A stretch of DNA of 63,948 nt, counting the filler, from Lama guanicoe (taxonomy: Eukaryota): the NCBI GenBank assembly GCA_013239625.1. It is 80 parts of 79 records of this genome, joined end to end, with 100 filler letters (N's around TTAATTAATTAA, not from the genome) between each part and the next. Parts side by side here need not be neighbours in the genome. Positions count along the whole stretch, not along the records: positions 1 to 594 come from PNXV01023239.1; positions 695 to 1,502 come from MU056873.1; positions 1,603 to 2,502 come from MU056876.1; positions 2,603 to 3,073 come from PNXV01023254.1; positions 3,174 to 3,716 come from PNXV01023280.1; positions 3,817 to 4,600 come from MU056881.1; positions 4,701 to 5,116 come from MU056882.1; positions 5,217 to 7,009 come from MU056885.1; 72 more parts are not named here. One strand, 5' to 3'. Shown piece by piece: positions 1 to 12,900 of the stretch. Position numbers and translations under genes: made by a program. The notes beneath the pieces were generated by a model that saw only the letters and a program-made list of their open reading frames with translations, was not told where the DNA came from and did no database searches. The number at the start of each line of letters is the position of its first letter. Position 1 is the first letter of the stretch.

Positions 1-594
1 CTCTGTAGTAATACAGCTAAAAAAGAGAAAAAAGAGAGAGGGAGACAAAAGAATTTTAAAGAAGGGGAAATAAGTGTTTGAAGACATTGTATAACATATA
101 ATAGAAGAGCAAGGTGAAGCAGAGTTTTGAAAAATAATAAAAATAAATATATTTTTAAAAAATTTCAATGGGATTTAAAAGGGGGTATATATAATTGCCT
201 AAGAAGTAAAAATTAAGAGGGTAAGAGAAAATGGAACAGGTTAAAACAGATTAAAACAAAAAACAAGGGGGTGGTCAGTGTGTCCTGGAGACTGTGTACT
301 TTTAATGTGAAATATTTCTGTATTAATCCTGTTTTGGAATCTCAGCTTGCTTTTTCCAGAGGCCCTCCATTGAAGCCCTCATCTGTGAAGCTCCCAGTGC
401 CTGTCAGCAAGCAGATCACTCCTACTCCCAAAACTGGTTCTGGAACAGCTCTCTTTACTGTGGGCTGTCTTGTCACTGCCCTGACTAAAGCCCCAGTCAC
501 ACGTTTCAGACTGACCAGGCAGGAGTGGGCATCAAGCCCTCTCCAAGCCACATGGTCAGGAGCTGTGTTCCAACCCAAAAGCTGGTGGGCCATC
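1..594 (-). mobile_element. Probable LINE-1 5'UTR fragment (antisense)
   Basis: Long A-rich tract followed by a moderately GC-rich segment, resembling the antisense of artiodactyl L1 5'UTRs. Recognition only, no coding anchor. Confidence 0.45.
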
Positions 595-694
595 NNNNNN
601 NNNNNNNNNNNNNNNNNNNNNNNNNNNNNNNNNNNNNNTTAATTAATTAANNNNNNNNNNNNNNNNNNNNNNNNNNNNNNNNNNNNNNNNNNNN
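595..694. other. Artificial scaffold linker (44N-TTAATTAATTAA-44N), first of about 79 copies through the window
   Basis: Identical 100-bp structure recurs between every fragment (e.g. 1503-1602, 2503-2602, 3074-3173 ... 63335-63434). The TTAATTAATTAA core gives stops in all six frames and explains the many ORFs ending in 'LIN'. Confidence 0.99.
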
Positions 695-1502
695 ACAAAC
701 TGAGATACCAGAGTAAGTGTTTCTCCTGCAACCCGTTCCCTTTTTGCTAGATGAAGGAACGTCTGTAAACAAGCTCAGTTCTTAGGGAGAACTGTGTGTG
801 AAAGCCGACCTTCCCCTAGCTTGAAGGGAACACAAAGTTTCTTTTCAGTTGCAAACTCCACTCCATACATATATATGGGGAGGTACAAGCTCCAACTCGG
901 TATTACAGTGAAAACGGCAGGCACTTCAAACCGGCACTAGGAAACAGACTGAGAAACCAGAGTCANNNNNNNNNNNNNNNNNNNNNNNNNNNNNNNNNNN
1001 NNNNNNNNNNNNNNNNNNNNNNNNNNNNNNNNNNNNNNNNNNNNNNNNNNNNNNNNNNNNNNNNNNNNNNNNNNNNNNNNNNNNNNNNNNNNNNNNNNNN
1101 NNNNNNNNNNNNNNNNNNNNNNNNNNNNNNNNNNNNNNNNNNNNNNNNNNNNNNNNNNNNNNNNNNNNNNNNNNNNNNNNNNNNNNNNNNNNNNNNNNNN
1201 NNNNNNNNNNNNNNNNNNNNNNNNNNNNNNNNNNNNNNNNNNNNNNNNNNNNNNNNNNNNNNNNNNNNNNNNNNNNNNNNNNNNNNNNNNNNNNNNNNNN
1301 NNNNNNNNNNNNTCATTCCCCTGAAGGGAACACAAAGTTTCTTTTAAGTTGCCATCCCCCCTCCATAAATATATTTGGGGCGGTACAAACTCCAAATCGG
1401 ATTTACAGTGAAAATGGCAGGCCTTTCAACACGCCACTAGGAAACTGACTGATAAAGCAGAGTAAGTGTTTCCCCTGCAACCCGTTCCATTTGTGCTGTT
1501 TG
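695..1502. repeat. Satellite A (248-bp unit), partial monomers across an N gap
   Basis: Shares GAAGGGAACACAAAGTTTCTTTT and CAGTGAAAA(C/T)GGCAGGC motifs with 14832, 38053 and the reverse complement of 22196 and 26751. Confidence 0.95.
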
Positions 1503-1602
1503 NNNNNNNNNNNNNNNNNNNNNNNNNNNNNNNNNNNNNNNNNNNNTTAATTAATTAANNNNNNNNNNNNNNNNNNNNNNNNNNNNNNNNNNNNNNNNNN
1601 NN

Positions 1603-2502
1603 GCATTTCTTTACGCTGACAATGAATCAACAGGAAAACAAAGTAAAGAAATAATCCCCTTTAAAATAGCACCCAAATTAATAACATACCTAGGAACAAA
1701 TCTAACCAAGGAAGTAAAAGTCTTATACAAAGAGAACTATAAAACATTCACTAAGGAAATTAAAGAAGACTTTATGAAATGGAAAGATATCCCATGCTCC
1801 TGGATTGCAAGAATCAATATTGTTAAAATGGTCACACCTCCAAGGCGATCTACAGGACATATTTCACAAAACTAGAACAAATCATAATACAATTTATATG
1901 GAACCACAAAAGACCTAGAATTGCCAAAGCATTACTGAAGAAAAAGAAAGAGGCTGCAGGAATAACCCTCCCAGACTTCAGACAATACTATAGAGCTGCA
2001 GTCATCAAGACAGCATGGTATTGGTACAAAAACAGACATGAAGACCAATGGAACAGAACAGAGAGCCCAGAAATGAACCCACAAACCTTTGGTCAACTAA
2101 TCTTCACAAAGGAGGCAAGAACTTACAATGGAATAAAGACAGTCTCTTCAGCACATGGTGTTGGGAAAACTGGACAGCTGCATGTAAGTCANNNNNNNNN
2201 NNNNNNNNNNNNNNNNNNNNNNNNNNNNNNNNNNNNNNNNNNNNNNNNNNNNNNNNNNNNNNNNNNNNNNNNNNNNNNAAAACATAGGCATTATCTGACA
2301 TTCGTCTCATAAATTTTCTCCTAGAACAGTCTACTCAAGCAATAGAAATAAAAGTAAGAATAAACAAATGGGACCTAATGAAACTTACAAGCTTCTGCTC
2401 TGCAAAGGAAACCATAATTAAAACAAACTGACAACCTATGGAATGGGAGAAAATTTTTTGCAAACAATGAAACTGTCAAAGGCTTGATCTCCAGAAGTAT
2501 AA
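1603..2502 (+). mobile_element. LINE-1 ORF2 fragment (C-terminal half, disabled)
   Basis: Translates to [59 protein letters not shown] and INKWDLMKL, which are L1 ORF2 motifs, with frameshifts. Confidence 0.97.
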
Positions 2503-2602
2503 NNNNNNNNNNNNNNNNNNNNNNNNNNNNNNNNNNNNNNNNNNNNTTAATTAATTAANNNNNNNNNNNNNNNNNNNNNNNNNNNNNNNNNNNNNNNNNN
2601 NN

Positions 2603-3073
2603 GAACACAGTATATAGAATATGGAAAACAATACAGAACCCAGAATTTATACAATGGAATGCAGAACACAGATTTTAGAATATAGAATACAGAATACTGT
2701 ATATGGAATTTAGAATATAGAATGTAAACACAGAATAGAGAATAGAGAATAGAGAACCCAGAATTTAGTACATGGAATGCAGAACACACAAATTAGAATA
2801 TAGAATACAAAATACTGAACATAGAATTTAGAATATAGAACAAACAATATAGAATATAAAATACGGATGGCAGAATATAGGACGCAGTATATAGAATGAA
2901 CGACCCAAATATATAATATAGAATAGAGAATATAGAAACCACAATTTAGAAATGGAACGCAGAACAGAGAATTTATACTATAGAATTCAGAATACTGAAT
3001 ATAGATTTTAGAATTTAGAATGTCGAACATAGAATATAGAATATAGGATACGGAATGCAGAATATACTATGTA
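2603..3073. repeat. Satellite C (7-bp-unit AT-rich satellite, AGAAT strand)
   Basis: Tandem ATAGAAT/TTAGAAT/ACAGAAT heptamers; reverse complement of the 19706-type arrays. Confidence 0.95.
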
Positions 3074-3173
3074 NNNNNNNNNNNNNNNNNNNNNNNNNNN
3101 NNNNNNNNNNNNNNNNNTTAATTAATTAANNNNNNNNNNNNNNNNNNNNNNNNNNNNNNNNNNNNNNNNNNNN

Positions 3174-3716
3174 CAGTTAGCCTGCTCTAGCCTAGGACCC
3201 AGCTTCACACACCAGTGGGCAGGCATCAGCTGTGAGAAAACTGTAGCTTCACAGCCTATGGACCCAGGCCACACACTAGTAGGCTAGACCCTGCCCAGGG
3301 ACCAGCTGGGCACTGGCCCACCCACTAGAAGGCTAACACAAGCTTCAAGACACTCAGACCCCTGCAGCCAACTGTGTAAGGAACTGACCCCACCCACCAG
3401 GAATTCAACACCAGCTCTGGGACCCCTGGGCCCTGCAACCAGACCCCAAGACCCAGCTAGCTGCCATGAGCCCAGGACTACCAGTGGGTGGCAACAGCCC
3501 TGGGATCTCTTTGACCCTGACTCCACCTACCAGTAACCCAGCACTAGCCCCTGGGCCCCCAAGGATTCCACAGTCAACCACCTCCTGACCATGTTCCACC
3601 AGCCAGTGATTTGGTAACTAACAGGACTAGGGGTCAACCAAGCCTACAAGGCTGCCTCCGCAGTCTGCCCACCACAGACCCTCACAGCCCTCATGGGGGG
3701 GACCCCTAGGGCACAG
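3174..3716 (+). mobile_element. Probable LINE-1 5'UTR with internal imperfect repeats (CCCACCCACCAG...ACCAGCTCTGGGACC)
   Basis: Repeated C-rich subunits characteristic of cetartiodactyl L1 5'UTRs; recognition by pattern. Confidence 0.6.
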
Positions 3717-3816
3717 NNNNNNNNNNNNNNNNNNNNNNNNNNNNNNNNNNNNNNNNNNNNTTAATTAATTAANNNNNNNNNNNNNNNNNNNNNNNNNNNN
3801 NNNNNNNNNNNNNNNN

Positions 3817-4600
3817 GAATACCTAAGCTCGACTCCACTGGGTTTTTCCAAATGTCTCTGTGCCATTGAATGCTAGGGTGCTTTGCAGGCAATCCCAGTG
3901 ACAGAGGCGGCCTCCCCAAGGTCAGGGAATTTATTTCTCGGACTTCCCCAATCAGGGAACACCTGTGACTGAGAGAGCTGCGTGGAGTTGTCTCTCGAGC
4001 TCCCCACGCACTGACAATGGTTCCGGAATCCTGAGCGTGGGGAGGTTCCACCAACGGTCGGCAGCGCGTGGGTTCTAACGGAATGCCTAAGCTCGACTCC
4101 CCTGGGTTTTTNNNNNNNNNNNNNNNNNNNNNNNNNNNNNNNNNNNNNNNNNNNNNNNNNNNNNNNNNNNNNNNNNNNNNNNNNNNNNNNNNNNNNNNNN
4201 NNNNNNNNNNNNNNNNNNNNNNNNNNNNNNNNNNNNNNNNNNNNNNNNNNNNNNNNNNNNNNNNNNNNNNNNNNNNNNNNNNNNNNNNNNNNNNNNAACG
4301 GTCGGCAGCACGTGGGTTCTAACGGAATGCTTAAGCTCGACTCCCCTTGTGATTTTTCCTAATGTCTCTGTGCCAGGGAATGCTAGACGGGTTTGCAGGC
4401 AATCCCTTTGACAAAGGCTGCCTCCCCAAGTTCTGGGAAGCTATTTCTCGGACTTCCCCATTCATGGAACACCTGTGACTGAAAAGAGCTGCGTGGAGTT
4501 GTCTCTCAAGCTACTCACGCACTGACAATTGTTCCGGAATCCTGACCGTTCGGAGGTTCCACCAACGGTAAGCAGCGCGTGGGTTATAACGTAATGCCTA
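3817..4600. repeat. Satellite B (267-bp GC-rich unit)
   Basis: GGAATCCTGAGCGTGGGGAGGTTCCACCAACGGTCGGCAGCGCGTGGGTTCTAACGGAATGCCTAAGCTCG motif, shared with 12245, 37255 and 56113. Confidence 0.96.
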
Positions 4601-4700
4601 NNNNNNNNNNNNNNNNNNNNNNNNNNNNNNNNNNNNNNNNNNNNTTAATTAATTAANNNNNNNNNNNNNNNNNNNNNNNNNNNNNNNNNNNNNNNNNNNN

Positions 4701-5116
4701 CAGCAATATCTTTTGTAGATACAGACAAGATTATTCTAAAATTTATATAAAAGACAAAAGAACTAGAAGAGTAAAACAGTTTTGAAAACAAAAATATAAA
4801 GTATGATACCAAAACCAGGCAAAGACACCACCAAAACAGAGAATTACAGGCCAATATCACTGATGAACATAGATGCCAAAATCCTCACCAAAATTTTAGC
4901 TAATAGAATCTAACAACACATAAAAAAAGATTATACATCATGACCAAGTGGGGTTCATCCCAGGGACACAAGGCTGGTTCAACATATGATGGTTCAACAA
5001 AATCAATCAATGTAATACATCACATCAACAAGAGAAAGGACAAAAATCACATGATCATCTCAATAGATGCAGAAAAAGCATTTGATAAAATTCAACACCC
5101 ATTTATGATATGATAA
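4701..5116 (+). mobile_element. LINE-1 ORF2: old L1 piece (4701-~4803) joined to a younger L1 RT-domain piece (~4804-5116)
   Basis: [42 protein letters not shown] and [20 protein letters not shown] are L1 RT motifs. Confidence 0.95.
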
Positions 5117-6212
5117 NNNNNNNNNNNNNNNNNNNNNNNNNNNNNNNNNNNNNNNNNNNNTTAATTAATTAANNNNNNNNNNNNNNNNNNNNNNNNNNNN
5201 NNNNNNNNNNNNNNNNGCCCAGCACTAAACTTTTTAAAAGGATCACGTGTTTAAAAGGTTAGTGGGCAATTTTTTAGAAGACAGAAATACTTAGATTTTG
5301 GTCCTAAAGTTGAATCTTGGTTAGTGGTGAATGAAAATTCCCGTTAAAATTTTAAATTCAGTGATATAAAGTCTTAANNNNNNNNNNNNNNNNNNNNNNN
5401 NNNNNNNNNNNNNNNNNNNNNNNNNNNNNNNNNNNNNNNNNNNNNNNNNNNNNNNNNNNNNNNNNNNNNNNNNNNNNNNNNNNNNNNNNNNNNNNNNNNN
5501 NNNNNNNNNNNNNNNNNNNNNNNNNNNNNNNNNNNNNNNNNNNNNNNNNNNNNNNNNNNNNNNNNNNNNNNNNNNNNNNNNNNNNNNNNNNNNNNNNNNN
5601 NNNNNNNNNNNNNNNNNNNNNNNNNNNNNNNNNNNNNNNNNNNNNNNNNNNNNNNNNNNNNNNNNNNNNNNNNNNNNNNNNNNNNNNNNNNNNNNNNNNN
5701 NNNNNNNNNNNNNNNNNNNNNNNNNNNNNNNNNNNNNNNNNNNNNNNNNNNNNNNNNNNNNNNNNNNNNNNNNNNNNNNNNNNNNNNNNNNNNNNNNNNN
5801 NNNNNNNNNNNNNNNNNNNNNNNNNNNNNNNNNNNNNNNNNNNNNNNNNNNNNNNNNNNNNNNNNNNNNNNNNNNNNNNNNNNNNNNNNNNNNNNNNNNN
5901 NNNNNNNNNNNNNNNNNNNNNNNNNNNNNNNNNNNNNNNNNNNNNNNNNNNNNNNNNNNNNNNNNNNNNNNNNNNNNNNNNNNNNNNNNNNNNNNNNNNN
6001 NNNNNNNNNNNNNNNNNNNNNNNNNNNNNNNNNNNNNNNNNNNNNNNNNNNNNNNNNNNNNNNNNNNNNNNNNNNNNNNNNNNNNNNNNNNNNNNNNNNN
6101 NNNNNNNNNNNNNNNNNNNNNNNNNNNNNNNNNNNNNNNNNNNNNNNNNNNNNNNNNNNNNNNNNNNNNNNNNNNNNNNNNNNNNNNNNNNNNNNNNNNN
6201 NNNNNNNNNNNN

Positions 6213-6574
6213 AGGTGGGCTCAATGTAATCACAGGTGTCCTTAAAATGGAGGATATTTCTCAGCTGAGTTTAAAGTCAGAGGGAGGTGTAGCAATGGAG
6301 CAATGTTCAGAAAGGCTGCTGACCATGAAAATGGAGGAAGTTGAGGGGCACAAGCTATGGAAGGTGGGTGACCTCTGTAAACTGGGGGAAAATAAAAGGA
6401 AACATTCTCTTCTAGACCCTCTAGAAGGAAGGAACCCTGCTGGTACCTTGAATTTAGCCCAATGATAACTGTGTTGGATCTCTGACCTACACAGCCATAA
6501 GCTGAAAATTCTGTGCTAGTTTAAGCTATTAAGCTTATGGGAATTTGTTACAGTGGTAATAGGAAAATAACATA
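6213..6574 (+). mobile_element. MaLR LTR (MLT1D-like), 3' portion
   Basis: GGTGGGCTCAATGTAATCACAGGTGTCCTTA near the start and TTTAAGCTATTAAGCTTATGGGAATTTGTTACAGTGGTAATAGGAAAATAACA at the end, typical of MLT1. Confidence 0.8.
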
Positions 6575-6887
6575 GTGAGCGGTAGTGTAAGGGATTAAAG
6601 GTCTAGGATGGGGTGTGGAGAGAATTCTGACATTTACACCTAAAAAACAACCAGGTGAAGTGGGAANNNNNNNNNNNNNNNNNNNNNNNNNNNNNNNNNN
6701 NNNNNNNNNNNNNNNNNNNNNNNNNNNNNNNNNNNNNNNNNNNNNNNNNNNNNNNNNNNNNNNNNNNNNNNNNNNNNNNNNNNNNNNCATTGTTAGTGAT
6801 GTAGGAATGGAAATGGGTAGAGAGATATAAACGTTATTTTGAAATTAGCTACAGGTTTGATGACTGCATGTTTGGGAGAGTTAGCCG

Positions 6888-7009
6888 ATGTGTAGACTGA
6901 ATGCATCCCCTCAAAATCCATCTGTCGAAACCTCAACTCCCAGGGTGATGGGACAGGGAGGCGGGGCCTTTGTGAGGTGATTAGTAGGATAAAATGAGGT
7001 CATGAGAGT
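6888..7009 (+). mobile_element. MaLR LTR (MLT1A/B-like) 5' end
   Basis: GACTGAATGCATCCCCTCAAAATCCATCTGTCGAAACCT...GGGGCCTTTGTGAGGTGATTAG...ATGAGGTCATGAGAGT matches the MLT1 5' end. Confidence 0.7.
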
Positions 7010-7109
7010 NNNNNNNNNNNNNNNNNNNNNNNNNNNNNNNNNNNNNNNNNNNNTTAATTAATTAANNNNNNNNNNNNNNNNNNNNNNNNNNNNNNNNNNN
7101 NNNNNNNNN

Positions 7110-7653
7110 AGATAAAGTAAGATTGAAATATGAATTACTTAACATTTAACTTCCTCTTTCAATGAAACTAAAGGTGTTTAGAAATATTAATAAATGGTTG
7201 GTGCCACCCTGAAATAGTCTCTATTAATAAGGGAATGATCTCAGTATCCTATCAAAGTAATATAAATGTGTAAAGGAAGATATAAGAATGGAATTATATT
7301 TTGTTAATGAAACATAGTGAATTTCTCCTGAAGCTGGCTACTTCTGAATGGAAGAGAAAATAAGGGACACACTAATATGAGTATAGAAATCAATCTGTGG
7401 AAGGCTTGTGGAAGAGGAAACCTGAGGAAAGAGTTTTGTACGTGGTTAGAATTGGCTAAGTTTAAAATCAAATTGGGCAAAGTAAATGAATCTTAGAAGT
7501 AAGCTGGTACAAGAATAAATTTGGTTTTCTCTCTGTTAAGAGGAAAAAAATTTCTTAAAATGTTAGTCCACCTTCAGTAACAGATTCTAAAACTTCTTAT
7601 ACCTCTTAGCTGATCTGTTCTGCCTTTACCTTTGATGTATTTTCTTGTTAATG
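7110..7653 (+). mobile_element. Probable ERV1 (MER4-group-like) non-coding internal sequence
   Basis: AT-rich sequence with motifs such as GGAAGGCTTGTGGAAG..AAACCTGAGGAAAGAGTTTTGTACGTGGT that resemble non-autonomous ERV1 internal regions. Confidence 0.45.
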
Positions 7654-8334
7654 NNNNNNNNNNNNNNNNNNNNNNNNNNNNNNNNNNNNNNNNNNNNTTA
7701 ATTAATTAANNNNNNNNNNNNNNNNNNNNNNNNNNNNNNNNNNNNNNNNNNNNTATATTTATTACTGTGTATCTGTTAATCCTCCCATTCCTGCCTGCTA
7801 ACATCAGTTTGCTTTCTATGTCCATGAGTCCATTTCAAGGAGCACCATTTTTCCTAGTAATATATGCTCTTTGGCTGCTTTCAGTTTCAGTAATTCCATC
7901 TTATCTGTGGGCACTTTTCTTCTGGTGGACTTTATGTGGTTTNNNNNNNNNNNNNNNNNNNNNNNNNNNNNNNNNNNNNNNNNNNNNNNNNNNNNNNNNN
8001 NNNNNNNNNNNNNNNNNNNNNNNNNNNNNNNNNNNNNNNNNNNNNNNNNNNNNNNNNNNNNNNNTGTTGGAATTTCCGGTTGAGAATTCCAGGTTTCTAT
8101 AACCTGTTTAGCCCAGCTTAATATTGGCTGCAACCATACTGGGTAATTTGGTGGAATTTCATGGTATGGTGGTGTAGAGACANNNNNNNNNNNNNNNNNN
8201 NNNNNNNNNNNNNNNNNNNNNNNNNNTTAATTAATTAANNNNNNNNNNNNNNNNNNNNNNNNNNNNNNNNNNNNNNNNNNNNTACTGGAAATAAATAAAT
8301 TGATATATAGTCCCACCCTTAGGAAGCTCAGCGT

Positions 8335-9124
8335 TTCCATTTACATCAGCATTAAAAATAAAATGAGAGATACATTTAACAAAATTTTACAAGATTTGTA
8401 CATTGAACATTTTGAAGTATCACCAAAAAATATTTAAAAGAGCTACATATATGGAAGACGTCCCATATGCATGAAATGATAGACAATATTGTTAAAAATG
8501 TTAAGACTCCCCAAATTGATTTACAAATTCAGTGGAATCCCTATCAAAATTCCAGCTGACTTCTTTGCAATAATTGAAAAACTTATCCCAAAATTCATAT
8601 GGATGTGCAAGGGACCAGGTCAGCCAAAACAATCTTAAAAAAGAAGAGCAAAGTTGGAGGACTCACTCAAAGGTTACTACAAATCTATAGTCCTCAAGGC
8701 ATTATGGTACTGGCAAAAGCTTGGATGCATAAATCTATGAGACACAATAAAAAATCCAGGGGGGAAACTTACATTTACAGTCAGTTTTCCACAAATGTGC
8801 CAACAACACTCCATTGAAAGAATAATCTATTCAACAAATGGTGCAGAGACACCTGGGTATCTGCAGGCAAAAAATGAATCTGGAATCTGGACCTCTGCAT
8901 TTTATATAACAAATAAATATTAATTCAAAATGGATCACAGACACAAACGTAAAAACTAAATGTATAAACTTTCTAAAGGAAGACATAGTATAAATCTTTG
9001 TGGTCCTAGGATAGGCTATGGATTCCTAGATACAATACCAAGAGCACAAGTGATAAAAAAAAGAAGCAGATAAAATGGACTTCATCAAACTTAAAACCAT
9101 ATGTTACAAAGGACATCATCAAGA
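8335..9124 (+). mobile_element. Old (L1M-type) 5'-truncated LINE-1 ORF2 fragment
   Basis: Degenerate NIVKM..LPKLIYKFSGIPIKIPADFF, AKTILKKKSKVGGLT and NLFNKWCRDTW motifs. Confidence 0.9.
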
Positions 9125-9224
9125 NNNNNNNNNNNNNNNNNNNNNNNNNNNNNNNNNNNNNNNNNNNNTTAATTAATTAANNNNNNNNNNNNNNNNNNNN
9201 NNNNNNNNNNNNNNNNNNNNNNNN

Positions 9225-9634
9225 AGTTCTCCCTTGATCTGCTTTCTTCCACGGGATGTAACTGTGCTGCAGCTTAGACCTGAGGTTTACTTATGGAGTG
9301 AGGGTTTGATATTCAAAGTTAGCATAAAACGGTCAGATGAAGAAAATCGACGTTGACAATTTATTATTGGGTTTCATTAGTCAAGATATACTATCAGTCA
9401 ATGGCCCATATAACAAATGAAATTGAGTACACAACATTGCATTTCTTACTTTCTATTTAGAGTTCTCTTACAGAATAAGGTTGCCTGCTTTGTAACATCA
9501 GCTCCACCACCACGGCACCTATCAGTGTGTAGGTACGATTGCATGTACACCGTGAATATAATCTGGGCTTCCTCAGCTTCAAACGCCACAGTACATAATC
9601 ACGGCTGTAGCCATCGCTTAGTCACGCAAATACT
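9225..9634 (+). repeat. Multi-copy non-TE segment, paralog of 30275-30678 (inverted)
   Basis: Colinear with the reverse complement of 30275-30678 over about 400 bp, with many substitutions. Confidence 0.93.
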
Positions 9635-11415
9635 TCATGTAAAGGAAGAAAGAAGAGAGAGAGAGAGTTTGCCATTATCAAAATTCCTTTCAATTCTAAC
9701 TGCAAACTGTTTTTGAGCAGCTCNNNNNNNNNNNNNNNNNNNNNNNNNNNNNNNNNNNNNNNNNNNNTTAATTAATTAANNNNNNNNNNNNNNNNNNNNN
9801 NNNNNNNNNNNNNNNNNNNNNNNGTGTGGACGGTGTGCAGGACAAGGACAGAGTCCTCTCCCAGGAGCCCCGGGCATCACGGGGCCACGAGCTCAACCCT
9901 GGCTCCTAAGCCAAGGAAGAGTCCTGGAGAGTGTGAAGGCCACCGTCTATGACGACAGGGCACAGGACCCTCCTTTTGGGGAGAACGGCATCACCCCTTG
10001 CGCTCATTCATTCAGTCATCATCCACACCCACCCGTCGGGGCACGCTCCCAGAACTCCAAACAGCACCCCACACAGGATGGGGCCTTAGGAGCTTGTGCC
10101 CCATGGATGACTCTTTCCACCTGCCTGGAAGGTGAGGGACATACTGCCTCCACCTGTCCTGCCAAGAGGGCAGGCAGAGGCCACTCACCTACCTGTCCAG
10201 GTGATAGGCAGGTGCAAGATACATACACACATGCACCTAGACCAGGTGATGAGCAGGTACAGGACACACACACAAACACACACACACGTATCTGCACCAG
10301 GTGATGTACAGATACAGACACAGGACACCAGGAAGCAGACGTAGAACTCCAGGAGGAGTAGGACGGTCACACCCCTAGGTCAGACGACACATGGTCCCTG
10401 CAGTCTGGGCCAGGTGAGGTATGCCCAGAGGATTCCTGGGACACTGCCCTTCCTCTCCTGCCCCAGCTGGGTCCCGGGCCCCAGCCCCAGGGAAGCAGCA
10501 GGGGTGTCTGGGGAGCTNNNNNNNNNNNNNNNNNNNNNNNNNNNNNNNNNNNNNNNNNNNNTTAATTAATTAANNNNNNNNNNNNNNNNNNNNNNNNNNN
10601 NNNNNNNNNNNNNNNNNCATTTCATTTCCCTGGAGGAGGTTTTTGGGAGTGTGGAGTATCTGACCCTTATTTTAAACAGTGGGAAAACTATTCAACTGAA
10701 CCACTTAGAGTTTGGAATGTGTACCCTTGCGCTTTGGAGACAGTGTACTGCCAACTATGGATGCCTGCGATATCGAAAAGTAGCACAAGAGAGATGCCCT
10801 ATGTGGGCAACATGCATCCCTCAAGGAATGAAGTGTGAGGCTTTCCCGTGGACCAGATACAGGCTACGTAAGGGCACACTGTCCTCTAGTTGAGAAAGAG
10901 CCAGCAAACGGCCATCTTGAGTCCTTTCCAGGGCACACCAGTATTTCCAATGTCATGGAGTAGGTGACNNNNNNNNNNNNNNNNNNNNNNNNNNNNNNNN
11001 NNNNNNNNNNNNNNNNNNNNNNNNNNNNNNNNNNNNNNNNNNNNNNNNNNNNNNNNNNNNNNNNNNNNNNNNNNNNNNNNNNNNNNNNNNNNNNNNNNNN
11101 NNNNNNNNNNNNNNNNNNNNNNNNNNNNNNNNNNNNNNNNNNNNNNNNNNNNNNNNNNNNNNNNNNNNNNNNNNNNNNNNNNNNNNNNNNNNNNNNNNNN
11201 NNNNNNNNNNNNNNNNNNNNNNNNNNNNNNNNNNNNNNNNNNNNNNNNNNNNNNNNNNNNNNNNNNNNNNNNNNNNNNNNNNNNNNNNNNNNNNNNNNNN
11301 NNNNNNNNNNNNNNNNNNNNNNNNNNNNNNNNNNNNNNNNNNNNNNNNNNNNNNNNNNNNNNNNNNNNNNNNNNNNNNNNNNNNNNNNNNNNNNNNNNNN
11401 NNNNNNNNNNNNNNN

Positions 11416-11518
11416 TGTTTTTTTTTTTTTTTTGGTGGTGGGAGGTAATTATGTTTATTTATTTATTTAATGGAGGTACTGGGGATTGAACCCAGGACCT
11501 CTTGCATGCTTAACATGC
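11416..11518 (-). mobile_element. Camelid tRNA-derived SINE (vic-1-like), 5'-truncated
   Basis: Minus strand reads GCATGTTAAGCATGCAAGAGGTCCTGGGTTCAATCCCCAGTACCTCC (B box), then AT-rich linker, TAATTACCTCCC and an A-tail. Confidence 0.85.
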
Positions 11519-11686
11519 CACTTCCTTTGAATAATAAGTAAAGTTTTTATTACAGGTATAGATAGAATTATTGAACAAAGATTTTTNNNNNNNNNNNNNN
11601 NNNNNNNNNNNNNNNNNNNNNNNNNNNNNNTTAATTAATTAANNNNNNNNNNNNNNNNNNNNNNNNNNNNNNNNNNNNNNNNNNNN

Positions 11687-12144
<458 letters not shown>

Positions 12145-12244
12145 NNNNNNNNNNNNNNNNNNNNNNNNNNNNNNNNNNNNNNNNNNNNTTAATTAATTAA
12201 NNNNNNNNNNNNNNNNNNNNNNNNNNNNNNNNNNNNNNNNNNNN

Positions 12245-12900
12245 ACAGGGAACTCCTATGACTGAAGAGAGCTGCGTGGAGTTGTCTCTCGAGGTCCCCC
12301 AGGCACCGAAAATTGTTCCAGAATCCTGAGCGTGGGGATGTTCCACCAACGGTCAGCAGCGGGTGGGTTCAAACGGAATGCCTAAGCTCGTCTCCCCTGA
12401 GGGTTTTCCTAATGTCTCTGTGACAGGGAATGCTAGGGAGGTTTGCAGGAAGTCCCAGGGACATAGGCTGCCTCCCCAAGTNNNNNNNNNNNNNNNNNNN
12501 NNNNNNNNNNNNNNNNNNNNNNNNNNNNNNNNNNNNNNNNNNNNNNNNNNNNNNNNNNNNNNNNNNNNNNNNNNNNNNNNNNNNNNNNNNNNNNNNNNNN
12601 NNNCAACGGTCGGCAGCGCATGGGTTCTAACGGAATGCCTAAGCTCGTCTCCCCTGAGGGTTTTCCTAATATATCTGTGCCAGGGAATGCTAGGGGTGTT
12701 TGCAGGAATTCCCAAGGATAGAGGCTGCCTCCCCAAGGTCAGTGAAGCTATTTCTCGGACTTCCCCGAACAGGGAACACCTGTGACTGAAGCGAGCTGCA
12801 TGGCGTTGTCTCTCGAGCTCCCTCACGCACTGACAATGTTTCTGGAATACAGAGCGTGGGGAGGTTCCACCAACGGTCAGCAGCGCGTGGGTTCTAACGG
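12245..12900. repeat. Satellite B (267-bp unit)
   Basis: Same motifs as 3817 and 37255. Confidence 0.96.

Noticed and set aside
639..650. Regularly recurring TTAATTAATTAA between variable segments, superficially a CRISPR-like repeat/spacer array or PacI-site array
   Set aside because: Always embedded in exactly 44 N on each side; it is a synthetic linker. There are no cas genes and the DNA is mammalian.
825..900. Satellites A and B share AGGGAACAC and TGGGGAGGT in the same order, hinting at common ancestry
   Set aside because: About 0.5 shared 9-mers are expected by chance between monomers of this size (248x267x2/4^9), and the intervening sequence does not align. This is insufficient evidence.
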